Assembly (NCBI GenBank): GCA_034780895.1
Contig: JAUZTB010000107.1
Coordinates: forward strand, 92,928,510-92,992,509
Reading direction: 5' to 3'
From: Rhynchobatus australiae
Lineage: Eukaryota
Length of the DNA: 64,000 nt
The notes beneath the pieces were generated by a model. The model saw only the letters and a list, made by a program, of their open reading frames with translations. It was not told the origin of the DNA and did not search any database. Below are positions 36,051 to 48,800 of the stretch, piece by piece (within the stretch, counting starts at the first letter, position 1; every line of letters begins with the position of its first letter). The position numbers were made by a program, and so were the translations under genes.

Positions 36051-37703
36051 GGAGTCGCCAAAGTGCAACAACTCACATTCATCCAGATTAAGCTCCATCT
36101 GCTATTTCTCTGCCCACATTATCAACTGGAATGACCACTCCTGGAATATACCCCTCAGCTTTGGGGATCCACTCCAGTTAACGCTTAAGGTCCAAAGATC
36201 AGAGCTGAAGCCTCTCCAGCTGACAACACTTTCACCATCTGAAAAGGTCTTTACCATTCCTGTCAATCACTTGAAGATACTCTCTTGATCTGCAATGCTG
36301 CAGTACACTGTATGTGATGTACAAATGGTTGCCTGAAAATTCCATAGAAGTTCACTGACAAAGGACTAACAAAACTCCTGGGGAACTGGTTGAACATGAC
36401 CATTATGCAGTTTTCCCTGTTTCTTTGCCCCTTCCTGATCTTCTTGACCCTTTCTCCTCATCTNNNNNNNNNNNNNNNNNNNNNNNNNNNNNNNNNNNNN
36501 NNNNNNNNNNNNNNNNNNNNNNNNNNNNNNNNNACAGGCCACTCAACCCCTCAGGCCTGTCCAGCTATTCAATATGATCATAGCCGATCTACTGTCAGCC
36601 TCATCTACATAATGCAGCAACAATCCCCCTTTCCTCCTGTATGGGCATGGAAGGAGATACCATTTGAAGTGACAAATAATATAATCTTCAAAGAAGATTA
36701 TACAGAATAAAAAAAGTAAGGATTGAACAAGAGGAGAACAGTGTTTGAAGATGGACTTTGAGGAACATGTTCGGGAAAGGACACCTCGAGGAAAATAGAT
36801 CAAGAGGGACATCAAAATTGCAACATGATTTTGAAGACCCGTGAGACGTCCAGTAGTTTGAAGGGTTTTGAACTGACAGTCCAACAAAAGACAGATCAGA
36901 GGTAACAATGTGTTTAGAAAAAGCTACTATAGAAAGGACAGAATCTGTCCAATAAGTAATATTAATATGAAAACCTTTTGTCCTAGTGTATCTGAAACTT
37001 TAGCCTTGTATAACTTTTAACAGTGTACCACTGAATTTCCAACATATTTTGCTTTCAATTCAGACAGACTTAAATCTGTCTCCTTGGGTAAACATTTCAT
37101 TGCATTCACCAGGTATGAGAACACAAATGTTTTCACTCTTAAATCTTCTGTTAATTTATGGTCCTTCCCATTTATACGCTCCATAGGTTTGTTGTTACAC
37201 AAATTATTAAAATTTGATATTATTTGTTTTGGGGAATCACTAATATGACACATTTTTAATTTCCCATACAGTATGCATGGACACAGAAAACCTGCAAAAT
37301 GTAAACCTGAGGACACTCAGGTTTTCCTGTGCAAGTACTTTGAAGGTCTCTTTAGCACTAATGTTGTCGACCTGTGGACAAGGACATGCATTCTATACTA
37401 CCGGTGCAGCATGGCAGTTTTTAATTGTATGTGCAAATCTTTGTGGAGCGAATGATTCATGGTAGCCACACCCTTCCTCTGGCTCTGAACCTTTATTCCC
37501 CACTCCGTTCAAGCGCAAATAACCATGCTCCTGTGGGCAAACTGTAAATCTAATGAGTTCTGTCCATCCTACGCACTCTGCTTGAGATGATAGCACTGGT
37601 AGTTGCTCTGGAGTGTGCACAAGAAATCTCCCCAGCACCACTCACTTTTATTATCACTGAGGTAAAACGATCAAAATCGCATCCTTCAACTAATTTGAGA
37701 TCA

Positions 37704-38435
37704 CTGAAGATAAGGGAGACTGCAGATCCTGGAATGTGGAACAACAAACAGAACAGTGGGTCAAGCAGCATCTGTGATGGCAAAAGATGTAAGCTGACAT
37801 TTCATGTTGAGCCCCTGCATCAGGACTGAGAGGGAAGAGGAAAGATTGTCATTATGTAGCAGTATGTGGATGGAGGCAGGGGGGTGGGCAGAAACTGGTA
37901 GGTGATAGGTGGAACCAGATGGGGAGGAAATGATGGGCAGATGGAACCAGGTGGGAGAGGGGGAGTGAGGAGGGGATGGAATGGGAAAGGTGAACAAAGG
38001 AAGAAGAAAACTCAGTGGGCAGGTGATGTGTGTGGGAGAAAAACACTGCGGATGTGGCTTACCTGAAATTGGAAAATTCAGTGTTCAAATGTTGGATATT
38101 TCAAGCTTGTGAACATGGTACTTTTCAATTTCAGGTAACCCAGAGCCATAGTGTTCTTCTCCCATTCTACTCACCTGAGTAGTTTCGTCCTCATTTTGTT
38201 CACCTTTCTCTCCCTCCCCCACCTGGTTCTATCTGCTCATCATCCTCTCTCCATCTAGTTCCACCTGTCACCTACTAGTCTCTGCCCCACCCCTCCCTCA
38301 TACTGCTAGGTACAGGCAACCTTTCCTCTTCCCTCTCAGTTTTGACACAGGTTCTTGACCCGAAACGTCAACTTACACCTTTTGCTTCCACAGATGCTGC
38401 TTGACCCACTGAGTTTTTCCAGTGTTCGGTTTTTA
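37704..38435. mobile_element. ~730-bp palindromic (fold-back) PLE remnant with 12-bp TSD
   Basis: Arms inverted about ~38090; ttacctgaaattggaaaattcagtgttca versus tgaacatggtacttttcaatttcaggtaa; TSD aatttgagatca/aatatgagatca. Confidence 0.8.
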
Positions 38436-40573
38436 AATATGAGATCAATACTTACTCTGTATTTCCTTTCACTCAATTATAGTCTGTATCTCTTTCTCAC
38501 AAGGGGTCTTCAAGAGAAAAAAATCTTGTTTTGCTTTTTTTCTATATTTCCTTGAGGTGAATGCTGAACAATTTCTTAGAGACATCCACCGATATTTCAA
38601 TGCTGTTTCTAAGCCCCTGCAGATCTCTAAAATGAGTAAATAGGAAATATTGCTGCCTACATTTATTAGCAGAATAGCTTCAACATGTTAATATTAGTTC
38701 AGTTCTGTGAAGAATATTATTTTTAAATCTTTCCATTGTTGAACAAATTACATGAAACATTATTTACAGTAAAATATTTGTCACAACTGAATACAGAATT
38801 ACAACTTCTTTTATTATTCAGATGGACAGAAGCATTACTACACATTAAGAAATATGTTTTATGTGCAAGAATGAATGCATATAGTCATCCACAGTATTTA
38901 CACAATGCGACAGAATGAACCCCTAAGACTTTGGCTGCTCACCGTTGAGGTTTTAAAATGTTTAGCCCTGGTCATTGTTATTTATACATAGCATTTCCCT
39001 AGTGATAAACAAGACACTATTTTCCCATGCCATACTCAGGGACACTCCCAAGATAGCCAGACTTCATGTCTAGACTAGAGCATTTTCTTGACCTACCATG
39101 TGGGCAGCTGGTCTGGCCAGATTATTCCATCATTGAGTTTTATTAACTATGTTTATCTGTTTTTATTAGATAATAGATCAAGTGGGTGTTTTGGGAAATT
39201 GAAATTGTTTGTGCTATCTGACTGATCTGGAACTCCTTCTTTTCTCCCCTAAAGACAGGTTTTAGGCAATAATAATTCAGTTTTCCAAAAAAAATTAATT
39301 CAATAGAAGTTAAGTCATGCTACATATTAGCTGAAGAAGGGTGGGAGGATATCCATATAGAGCATAATCACTAGCATAGACCTATTAGGCCAAGTGGTCT
39401 ATTTTTGCATTATGAATACTTCTTAATACACCCCTCATTGCAAAGACTTCATGTGAATGTTTGAGCCCTGCCCTGACATTACATCATACAATGTTAACTT
39501 CCAACACCTTACGTTGACTCAACTTCTAACAATTCACTAGTACTCCTGAACTAATGGCAAGGGAGCTTCAAGGTGAGGCAACCTACATCAGAAAAACTCG
39601 CACAGTGGTTGTGAACAAAGTAAGCTTTATTTGAGAGAACCTGAAGAAAGAAAACAGGAAAAATTCAGAGCAAGTGCAAATTTACTAGCCCCATTCCAAG
39701 CAATCAGACTCAAGGCCTGCTTACATTTCCGTGCAGTAATTATGCCTCATCTCCCTCCATTTACAATAGCTAATGCACCATGCACAGTTTCCACCTGGAC
39801 TAGCTCCATGCACTTAACATTCGACTCTCCAGAAAATCCTCTTCCTGTCACCTTGACACTTTTTCAGGAACTAAGCTGCTTCACCCTGGATATCACTTTG
39901 ATAACAAGCTTGCATTGAGTACACACATTAAAAAGATGTCAGTAACGAAAGCCTATTTTTTTCCACAGACAGTTTTCATGCTATACATTGATTGATACAT
40001 TGAAGTGAATCGCATAGATTCCATTGTATACGTTCTGAGAAGCAGTAGATTATTTGTGTTCCAGGACATGTACAATGTCAAAGTGCAATGAAGTGCTTGC
40101 ACACTTTCATAAATGGCATCAGAAATAGAGTGGATTATTATCAGCTGCAGCACTCATGTTGCCAACTGAATCAGGTTCTATCAGATAGGGAGGCAGTAGA
40201 ATGTAAGTTATAGTGTGAACACTCTATGAAAGGGCAAAATATTTGCATTGCTTAAATGGGTTTTCTTGGTTATGCTACATAACCTGGAGCTATAATCTTT
40301 CTCCAGAAATTTTACCTATGATGCTTACCAGTTACTTTATCATTTATTGGATTACAATTGGAACCAATAAATTCTGACACCAGAGATGTGCTACCCAATG
40401 TCCTTTTGACTCATTGAGTGTACGTTTTCTGTGGTACCAGTTGAGCACCTTCGCATTATTTCTCTCTTCCCAAATGACATCTGCACATGCAATGAAAAAC
40501 AGATGTAGACTGTATCCTACTTGGCTCAATATAATATCCTGGATCACAAATTAACTTAAGGGCTTGTATTCCC

Positions 40574-40672
40574 ATTCTGATAAGGGTCCCAGAACTGAAA
40601 TGTTAACAGTTTCTCTTTCCACAGATGCTGCCTGACCTGCTGAGTATTTCCGGCATTTTTTGTTTTACTTTC
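40574..40672 (+). mobile_element. PLE terminal fragment, decayed hammerhead
   Basis: ttctgataagggtcccagaactgaaatgttaacag…cagatgctgcctgacctgctgag. Confidence 0.7.
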
Positions 40673-40999
40673 GTGAAATAACATGTTTCCCACAAACTAC
40701 AAGAGACTTGATCATTAATTCACTGTAAGTATTAGATTGCAACAATTAACATTAGATATCTGTCATGTATGTACTTATATTAATGTCTTAATAATGTTTG
40801 TTCACATTCCAGGAACCCTTAATGAGTAATCTTCAGTGACTTTCCAGGTGTACAAATTGAGTCTCCTGTTATTTAGAAACATTACTAACAGATACAAATG
40901 AGGTATTCAGCATGAAGAATTTACAGATATGGGGTCCTTGCTATCAAAGTATGGTCAACATTGGGCAGGGAAACAGATTTCTATCTCCAGGTGTGGCAT

Positions 41000-41400
41000 T
41001 TCTGTCTCCAAGTCAGAAGGTTGTGAATTCAAGCAACTCCCCAAAGATATGAGTAGAGGATCCACCTGGCACTCCAAAGCAATATGGTAGTGTTACTCTT
41101 TCAGAGATGTCAGCCCTCAGATGACACATTTAATGTGAAGATCCGTCTTCCCCCTCAGATAAACATACAAGGTTGAAAAATTATATTTAGACAAAAGTAG
41201 TTCTCCCTGACACCTAATATGTACTTCTCAATCAACTCCAATAAAGAAATTCTAATCAGCGCCACATGGATATGGGAACTTGGCTTCCGTGTTTCCTGTA
41301 TTCCAACAGTGACTACACTTCAAAAGTATGTTGTTGGCTGCAAAGTACTTTTGGGACATTCTGAGGTTGTGAAAGGTGCTGTATAAATGTGACTCTTTAT
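41000..41400 (+). mobile_element. DeuSINE (SacSINE1-like), near full length
   Basis: gtcagaaggttgtgaattcaag…caacagtgactacacttcaaaagta…ttggctgcaaagtac…gtgaaaggtgctgtataaatg. Confidence 0.7.
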
Positions 41401-42034
41401 TTTAAAAATTTTACCACTGAGGAACTCAAACAACCTCATGTTCTTGTTGAAAGCTGAATATATTTTTTCCAAGAAGGTTCTCAATAGTATGTGACTATTG
41501 ACTTATCTAATCATCAACTGGCAAGCAATTAATGCTTTAAAATCTGTCACCTATTATTACATTGATTGACCAATCTAACATGGTAGGTTGGCATGGAATG
41601 AGGAATAACCGTATCTCAAGGTTATTTTAAGAAAACATCCTTCCTGTGCTACAGGAAGCATTAACAGAGAATTATGACTCAAATTGGCCACCTTGCTGGA
41701 GGTTTCATGACATGATCTCTCCCTTCCAAAGTCCTCGAGCAGTCATTATTGACCATCACATCCACCCACATCCATCTCAAATATTTTTATAACTAACATG
41801 CAAATGTTCATAGAGTACTTTTTAAACATACAAATTTATACTCTTATGTGTGTGTTAACCGTATGATGTAATATCGTGTAGATGTTTGAAATACACTTCT
41901 GAAATTCAATTCAATTGACTTTAATTGAACTGGATTGCCAAAATATATAAATTACAATACTATGCATTCAGTACAAACAGCATTGGGGACAAATTCTCCA
42001 ACAGAATTTCTAAATAAGCACGTGGAGTATATTT

Positions 42035-42180
42035 TATTAGATAAGCATATGGAGGAATTTAAAATAGAGGGATATGTGGGGAGGAAGGGGTTAGATAGTC
42101 TTAGGTGTGGTTTGAAGGTCGGCACAACATGGTGGGCTGAAGGGCCTGTATTGTCCTGTATTATTCTATGGTTCTATGGT
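42035..42180 (+). mobile_element. CR1-like LINE 3' end
   Basis: LDKHMEEFKIEGY; gggctgaagggcctgta…ttctatggttctatg tail. Confidence 0.75.
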
Positions 42181-43812
42181 CCTAAATGCTCTTCTCTCCA
42201 TTTTATATAGTGGTTTCCAGAAGATTATATAATTTCAAGAGACTTCAAGAGATTTCAAGAGACAATCATGGATGGTTGGTGAACAGTACTGTATAAACCA
42301 GATATATCTCTAAACATTACAAGGAAATGGGTATTTTTTGCAATCCTTGGATAGGATTTTACAGACAGCATGAGTTATCTGAAATTAGAGTGGTTCTCTT
42401 TATTCCCTGGTGCCTCTTTTTCCATCTATCTTGTACTTTTATATAAATGGGAATTTGCAGGGGTGTTTCTTCTTCCCACTTAAATCCCATAAGAATGCTT
42501 TTATAAACCCTGGCTGTTTAGTTCATCACTATTATTAGGAAATAGACAGTAATCCAATTGTTTAATTGCACCTAATGGGAATCTGATTTGTTTCATTTGC
42601 TTGAACAAGGTTAAGCTATCCAAATATATAAAATGTGGATATTGTTTATTTAATCTGACCACAGGATATATCAGCATATTCTCCACTTAAAAAAAGAATC
42701 TATCTATTCAGTTTCATCTTGCCTTAACAATATTTGACATGACAAGAATAACTCCAACTAAAAAAAAGTTAGACTTATTTCTGATTGAATCTTAATGCTG
42801 ATTTAATTCTAAATGAATTCCTGATCCAGCTATGGATTTCCTTAAGGATTTGCAGAAAAGACTTGAAATATCATGAAAATCAAGGCACAGACAGCACAGG
42901 AACAGGAATGCATTAAAGATAAACATGAATTGACGACATGGTGATCCAGTCCATTGGTATACCAATGTCCATGACATGGTTTGGAAGGAAACACATTTAC
43001 TTCTGTGACTCTCTGCTTGGGAACCTTTATGACTTTATTTGTTTTGTTGCGGTTGAGGGAAGAAGCTTCTAAGCAGTGGCTGACCACTTCCCTGTTGGAT
43101 AGGATGGTGATTCTGTATCATCCCAGGACTCTCTTCTGCACCTCATAGTAGTTTACTTTGGGAATGGAACATATCTATTGGTGGTAAAGATAAAGAGCCT
43201 TGTTCTCCATTTTGAAAGTTAAAATTTAAAAAATTAGCTCCATTGAGGTTTGCAATGCTTTCTCTTCTTTTATTCCTCATTGGTACCTTGCTTCTCTACA
43301 GATGAGTAAAAGAAAATGTGAATGTGAGTTGAATTCAGGTGCTCATGTTAATTCAAGACATTCAGTTCTACTTTTAGAGTTGTCATAGGACTAATACATC
43401 AAAGATTCTCTTCTCATACTTGTTGTGTGGCTGTAACAGGGAGAAATTATGAAATTCCATTAAAGGTGCCAATGCAAATAACAATGAACCCTGGTTGCTG
43501 CACATAGCTTATTGGAATATATTACATGCCACCACATAATATCCTCTACTTTGGAAAACAGAAGATCGTTCTTTCCTTCAGAGTATAATTTAGGTTATAA
43601 TCTAGGACACAAATTCAACAAACAACTAAAGGAAAGGCACTCAGCACCAATAGTAAGTGCATTTACAGGGACAGGAAATTTACTACCTACTTGAAATGGC
43701 AAAACAGCAAAGATTCTGTTCCTGGAATAATATTCAATATAAAATTGACCTCTCAAGCTGGTCTCTGCTTCTGAAAAGACTGCATGCCACAAAAGATCTC
43801 TCATTTGCTTTC

Positions 43813-44003
43813 ACACACAAAATGCTGGAGGAACTCAGCAGGTCAGGCAGCATCTATGGAGGGAAATAAACAGTCGACGTTTCGGATCAAGACCCAGCCC
43901 ATCCACTGTTTATTTCCCTTCATAAATGTTGCCTGACCTGTTGAGTTCCTCCAGCATTTTGTGTGTGTTGCTCCAGATTCCAGCATCTGCAGAATATCTT
44001 GTG
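43813..44003. mobile_element. PLE-derived fold-back insertion, ~60-bp high-identity arms, TSD
   Basis: acacacaaaatgctggaggaactcagcaggtcaggcagcat… versus …atgttgcctgacctgttgagttcctccagcattttgtgtgt; flanks tctcatttgctttc/tctcattaactttc. Confidence 0.8.
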
Positions 44004-45559
44004 TCTCATTAACTTTCTATCCCTTCAACCCTGGGCCAACTGACCTCTTGTTACAAGGCAGTCAAAATACAGCTCCAAAATTTCCTTGAAGCTGTTCCAT
44101 AATAATGAAAAATCCAGAACTAGATTTCCATTGTGTTAGCTGATTGGCCATCAATAGGAGTTAAATCTGCATTCACCAACATTGATGCAGGTTCCAAGCG
44201 AACACATCCAATAAGAATTTCCATGGAATTCTGGTTATTGACAGAACCAGCCCGATCTGCTGATTGGCTAGAAACATTCGGAAGAATCAGAGAGCAATGG
44301 CTGCCTACACAGATCACTAACCTGCATTGAAGCTGTATGTCAGCCTATGTCGGATGCATATTTCCTACATACCACAGACACAGTCTGAAGTATTCAGCAA
44401 CCCTGAATGTTCTGTGAGCAGTAAAATTGTTGAAGATGTTGTTTTGTTGCTCAGTTCATTGTACTCTCGAAAAGGCAATAATATCTTTCCCCTGATCAGG
44501 TCACTCAAACTAGGTACCGTATTCCAGACTGGGTCACATTGATGGCTCTTATTTGATTGTTCAGTACTCAACATCTATAAATACATGACAGAACAAGTAT
44601 AGCCTAATTTAGGAATTTATTGAATTTAGACAAAATCTCTTTTCCTGGATTGCTATAATATTCTATTTAACCTACATCTCATCTTTTCTCCTATATTTTT
44701 ATTGAATCATTTGAAAGCCTTCTCGTCTAATTAACACTAAAAAAAAAGCCTCTCTCCAGACACTGCATTGTCCTGAAACTGCTCTACCGCCTATGTTTGT
44801 TTTGTCTTCACATGAAAAAATTTTGATTACAACATCCTCATCCGAGTCATTTATCCTTTTATTCAAAAAAAACATCAAATAAACATGACGGTATCATGGG
44901 TTTGTGTTGATGGTACGTTTCTTCCAATGTGAGCTGTTTTTGTTTTCAATTAATTGCCAACATTTCTCTTTCTACCTCACTTATCCAAACAACAGCGTTT
45001 ATTTCATGTTTTAGAACTTCTTCTTTAGCTATTAATCTTTGTAACATTTGTTCAAAGGTTTTACGAAAATGCCAAGTTTGCATTATCAGCTCATTATCCA
45101 TCTATTCAGCCTGTCAGGAATTTCTTCCACAAAAGTACACCAGAAAATTATTTAAATATGGACTTAAAATGTGTTTTCCAGTGCTCGCCCACCAGATCTG
45201 TCAAAGACTTTCCCTGCAACTAACGTTAAAGTTATTCGTCTATTATTTCCAGGTGTGTCTCTTGACACTATTTTGTAATATAATCAGGCTAGGCACTTTT
45301 CAAAACATCAGAGAATTGCTCCTGAATTTAACCAAGCCACAAATGACCATTGATTAGAAAACAGGAGCTGTGGTTACAGGTTAGGACTGATGAGGACTGG
45401 TTTTCTCATAAAAAGGAGGTTGCTAATGGTGAACTGACTTATTGAAGCAGGGAGGACTATGTCTGTGATTGGTGTTGATGGGAGCTGGTGATATCCAATA
45501 AAGTACCATGATATAATCCATAAAGCTTCCTTTGATTTTTTTTCAAGTTTTGTTTTCAT

Positions 45560-45885
45560 TCACTGAATTGGACAACGCTGAATGCTCCTTGAACCAGATA
45601 TCTTGATAAATCATTTTAGAGTTAATTACATTGCTGTGGGTCTGAAGACACATGTAATCCTAACTGGGTAAGGACAGTTGGATTTCCTTCCTTAAAGGAC
45701 ATTAATGAATCAGATGGGATTTACAGCAATCTGATAGAATTATGCTATTACTGATACTAATAATTTATTCCAGGATTATCTAATTAACAGTGGCCTTCAT
45801 GGGATTCAAATTCATATCTCCAGACCATTTCTCCAGGTCTCTAGATAATGAATCTGGTAATGCAACCACTAACCTACTGCCCTCT
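45560..45885 (-). mobile_element. tRNA-derived SINE, copy 2 (same family as 6280-6670)
   Basis: cattgctgtgggtctgaagacacatgt…ttccttccttaaaggacatta…catgggattcaaa. Confidence 0.6.
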
Positions 45886-48800
45886 AATATGTTTCTATTA
45901 ATAGTGCCCCTCCAAAAGTACCCGTCATTGTTGGACTTGGGTTTAATGACACCAGGGCAGTCTGTTGCCACTTGATGGGTTTCCAAATAAAAGGGCCAAT
46001 GTCAATAATAAGCAATATAATTGGTCTTTGAGATGGTTCCTTCACTGTATATGGGATCAGTTGTGCACTTTGCTTTAGATTCAACAGAGAATCTGGATTA
46101 TGTGATTGCCATCAATCATTTTGGAAGTGTGTCAATATACTGAGGGCAGTCTGAGGGAGATAAAAATTTAAACAGACTTTGTGGCATTAGACATGTCTAA
46201 GAGTGTAGAGTGGGAGGAGCAGCTGACTGTGATTGGAGGGGAAACGGACTACAGATGTTAAGCTGGAAAAAACTATTTTTAAAATAGGAAAAACATGAAA
46301 TTTTGTCCAAACCCATGAAGCTCCAGGGTGCTGCAGGGTATTAGAAAAATATATCAAAAGATTTGAAGAGGATAGCTTGTCATCGTCAGGTGGGTTCCAA
46401 TAAAAATATTTGGCTACTCCACATTTTCCCATCTGGTTTCATTGGTCTGCCATTTTTAATAAAAGGCTTAAATCTGAACATTTTTAGAAATTCTTTAGTA
46501 CAGCTACTGCCTTAGTTTATAACATTTATCACCAGTGGAGTTCATTCAACAGCCCATTCTGAAGTGTGTCATTGCCATCAGTTTAAATGCTGTGTCAAAA
46601 TAATCTAATGATTGTAAACTTGAGACGATTTTAAACTAGTTCCAGTCACTCCAAGGTATGATTTTAAGCATAAAATTAGAAGCTGTTGAACAACATTTTA
46701 TAAAGAACATGAACACCAATTTCTTACTTGTATGATCTGAGTTGCAAGAACTTGTTCCACACAGAGGGATCACCAGACTGCATGAAATTACCATGAGGGG
46801 GAAGTGAGCAATGGGAAATTTATTCCATGCGTAAGTTACAAAATTCTTCCCTGTCACTGCATAATGATTGGCAAGTACAGAGATTAAGCATGGTTGTACA
46901 ACAGGTGTGAGTAGACACACTGAGCAGCAGCGTTTTGATATTAGGCATGTTATACAATACGTCCCACTCTGCACAATTTAATCAATTTTTAATGGTTTAT
47001 TGGGGAGGACACATGCTGGGTAAACGAGACAGTCAGTGGGACACCAGCAGAACATGAACATATGCAGTACGCAGCATTAATTGAACAAGCTTTTCATCAA
47101 ATGATTAAAAATTCAATAGGGGTTAAATTGGTCAATGGCTATAATGCAGAACTAGCTAATAGTGAACCAGTGGTACCCTTATACCAAGCTCGACTTCCTA
47201 TTCCAATGATGTAAACAGGCCCTAGCAACTCGCTATTAATCAACCTGCCTTCTCTGTTGGTGAAGCCCGATCTAACTGTCAATCTTTTTCAAAGTAAAAA
47301 TATGTTCCTAGTATACAATAGTTTGTGAATCCTTGGAATCCATTTTTTAAATATTTCTTTAATTCGCACTTACCCTCTATTTGACAAAATCATTACAAAA
47401 TACTGCCACCATTTTGAAACCCCTGGGCTGTTATTAATGTTGGTGCAGCCTTCACTGCAGAGAACTCCTCATGTTCAGAGTATGGTAACTGCATAAGATA
47501 GTTAAAGGTAAACAAGACTTATCCTATCAGACTCCTCTTCAAAAAATAATTAACATTTCCCCATTACTGCATCTTGCTATTTCTTACATCCTGATGAACT
47601 CTGGAAAATGCCCATTGGCTCTGCTAGTTTTTAAAGACTTTAAGGATCCCATCTAAACAACAATTAGGCTCTTGCATGAACTTGTTTCTCAGTTCTCTCC
47701 AAATAATAGGGCCTCCCTGGCTGAGTAGATTTCAGACAAGGCACGCTCTCAGTTACCAGGTGGCACTGCGACCACAGTCACCACCATCACAAGGATTGCT
47801 GCTAAAACTGTTTGCCCTCACTCCTATTGTCCTCTCTTATCCGACCCAATGTATTACCCGAACAGTCAAAGGGACAAAGTTCATTGGAATGGTCAAGTTG
47901 CCTGTGGTGGCACAACAGGCCGCAGCAACACAACAAAGCCATTGAAATAAGAGTCAAGGTCCAATTTTTGGCTGACCTCAGGTCTCTGAGTTGGAGCATG
48001 TGCCACCTGTGTGTCTCCTACTTCAGGCCAGGAAAAAAGACGCAGGCGACTCTCTCCCGAGTTTCTCAACAGCCCTTGCTCTATAGCTCAGCCCTGTGTG
48101 GCTCTTCTCTGAACTGGCTCCAGTACTTGAAAGTCTGAACAAAGCACTATACAGTTTTAGTGCAACTTCTTCCAACTGGTAACTGAGCTTTCTGTACAAG
48201 CGAACATTCTGTTTGCTTTGTTGATTGATGTTTGGCAGCAAATGGACATGTTATTAACACCCCTACATCTCTGAACCACCTCCTAAGCTGTTCCAACCCT
48301 ATTTATAAAAGTACTTTTATCACCTTTTTCTTTAAAATGCATTTACTCATTGAATTTCACTTGCCTGCAGCCCACCCACTTGTGCATTAACTCATTTTGT
48401 AAGTCTGCACTCTCCCAGCCTCAGTTGGTTTGGTTTCACCTGCAAACTTGACCATTTTTTTTCTTAGCTAGCATTCAGAACTCCAGCCTGCTGCCTTGTA
48501 CTTGTCAAATGGGCTCACACTGGACTCCATTCAAGTGCAAGAACCTCTGATGTGAACTTCCAACTGGCCATTATTTTTCATTTGTCTGTGATCTCAGCAA
48601 GTTTTAGTTTTAAAATCAAAACCTGCCTTTATATTAAAAATCCAACCATAGTTTCTGAAAACAGCTCAAATCATGCAAAGCCCTTAACCATAACCATAAA
48701 AAGTCTCGCTTCGTCCAACTGAAAAATTCCATTCATTGTTTGAAACACTTAAATCACCTTTCTTTTTCCAGCAATGACTTATTGGGGTAACTTTTACTTT

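Noticed and set aside
42233-42263. Three copies of a 10-bp unit (yttcaagaga)
   Set aside because: Ordinary slippage repeat with no further structure.
47751-47769. CTCF-like agttaccaggtggcactgc (also partial matches at ~56094 and ~61180)
   Set aside because: Lacks the 5' CC of the core motif; not supportable without a PWM scan or ChIP.
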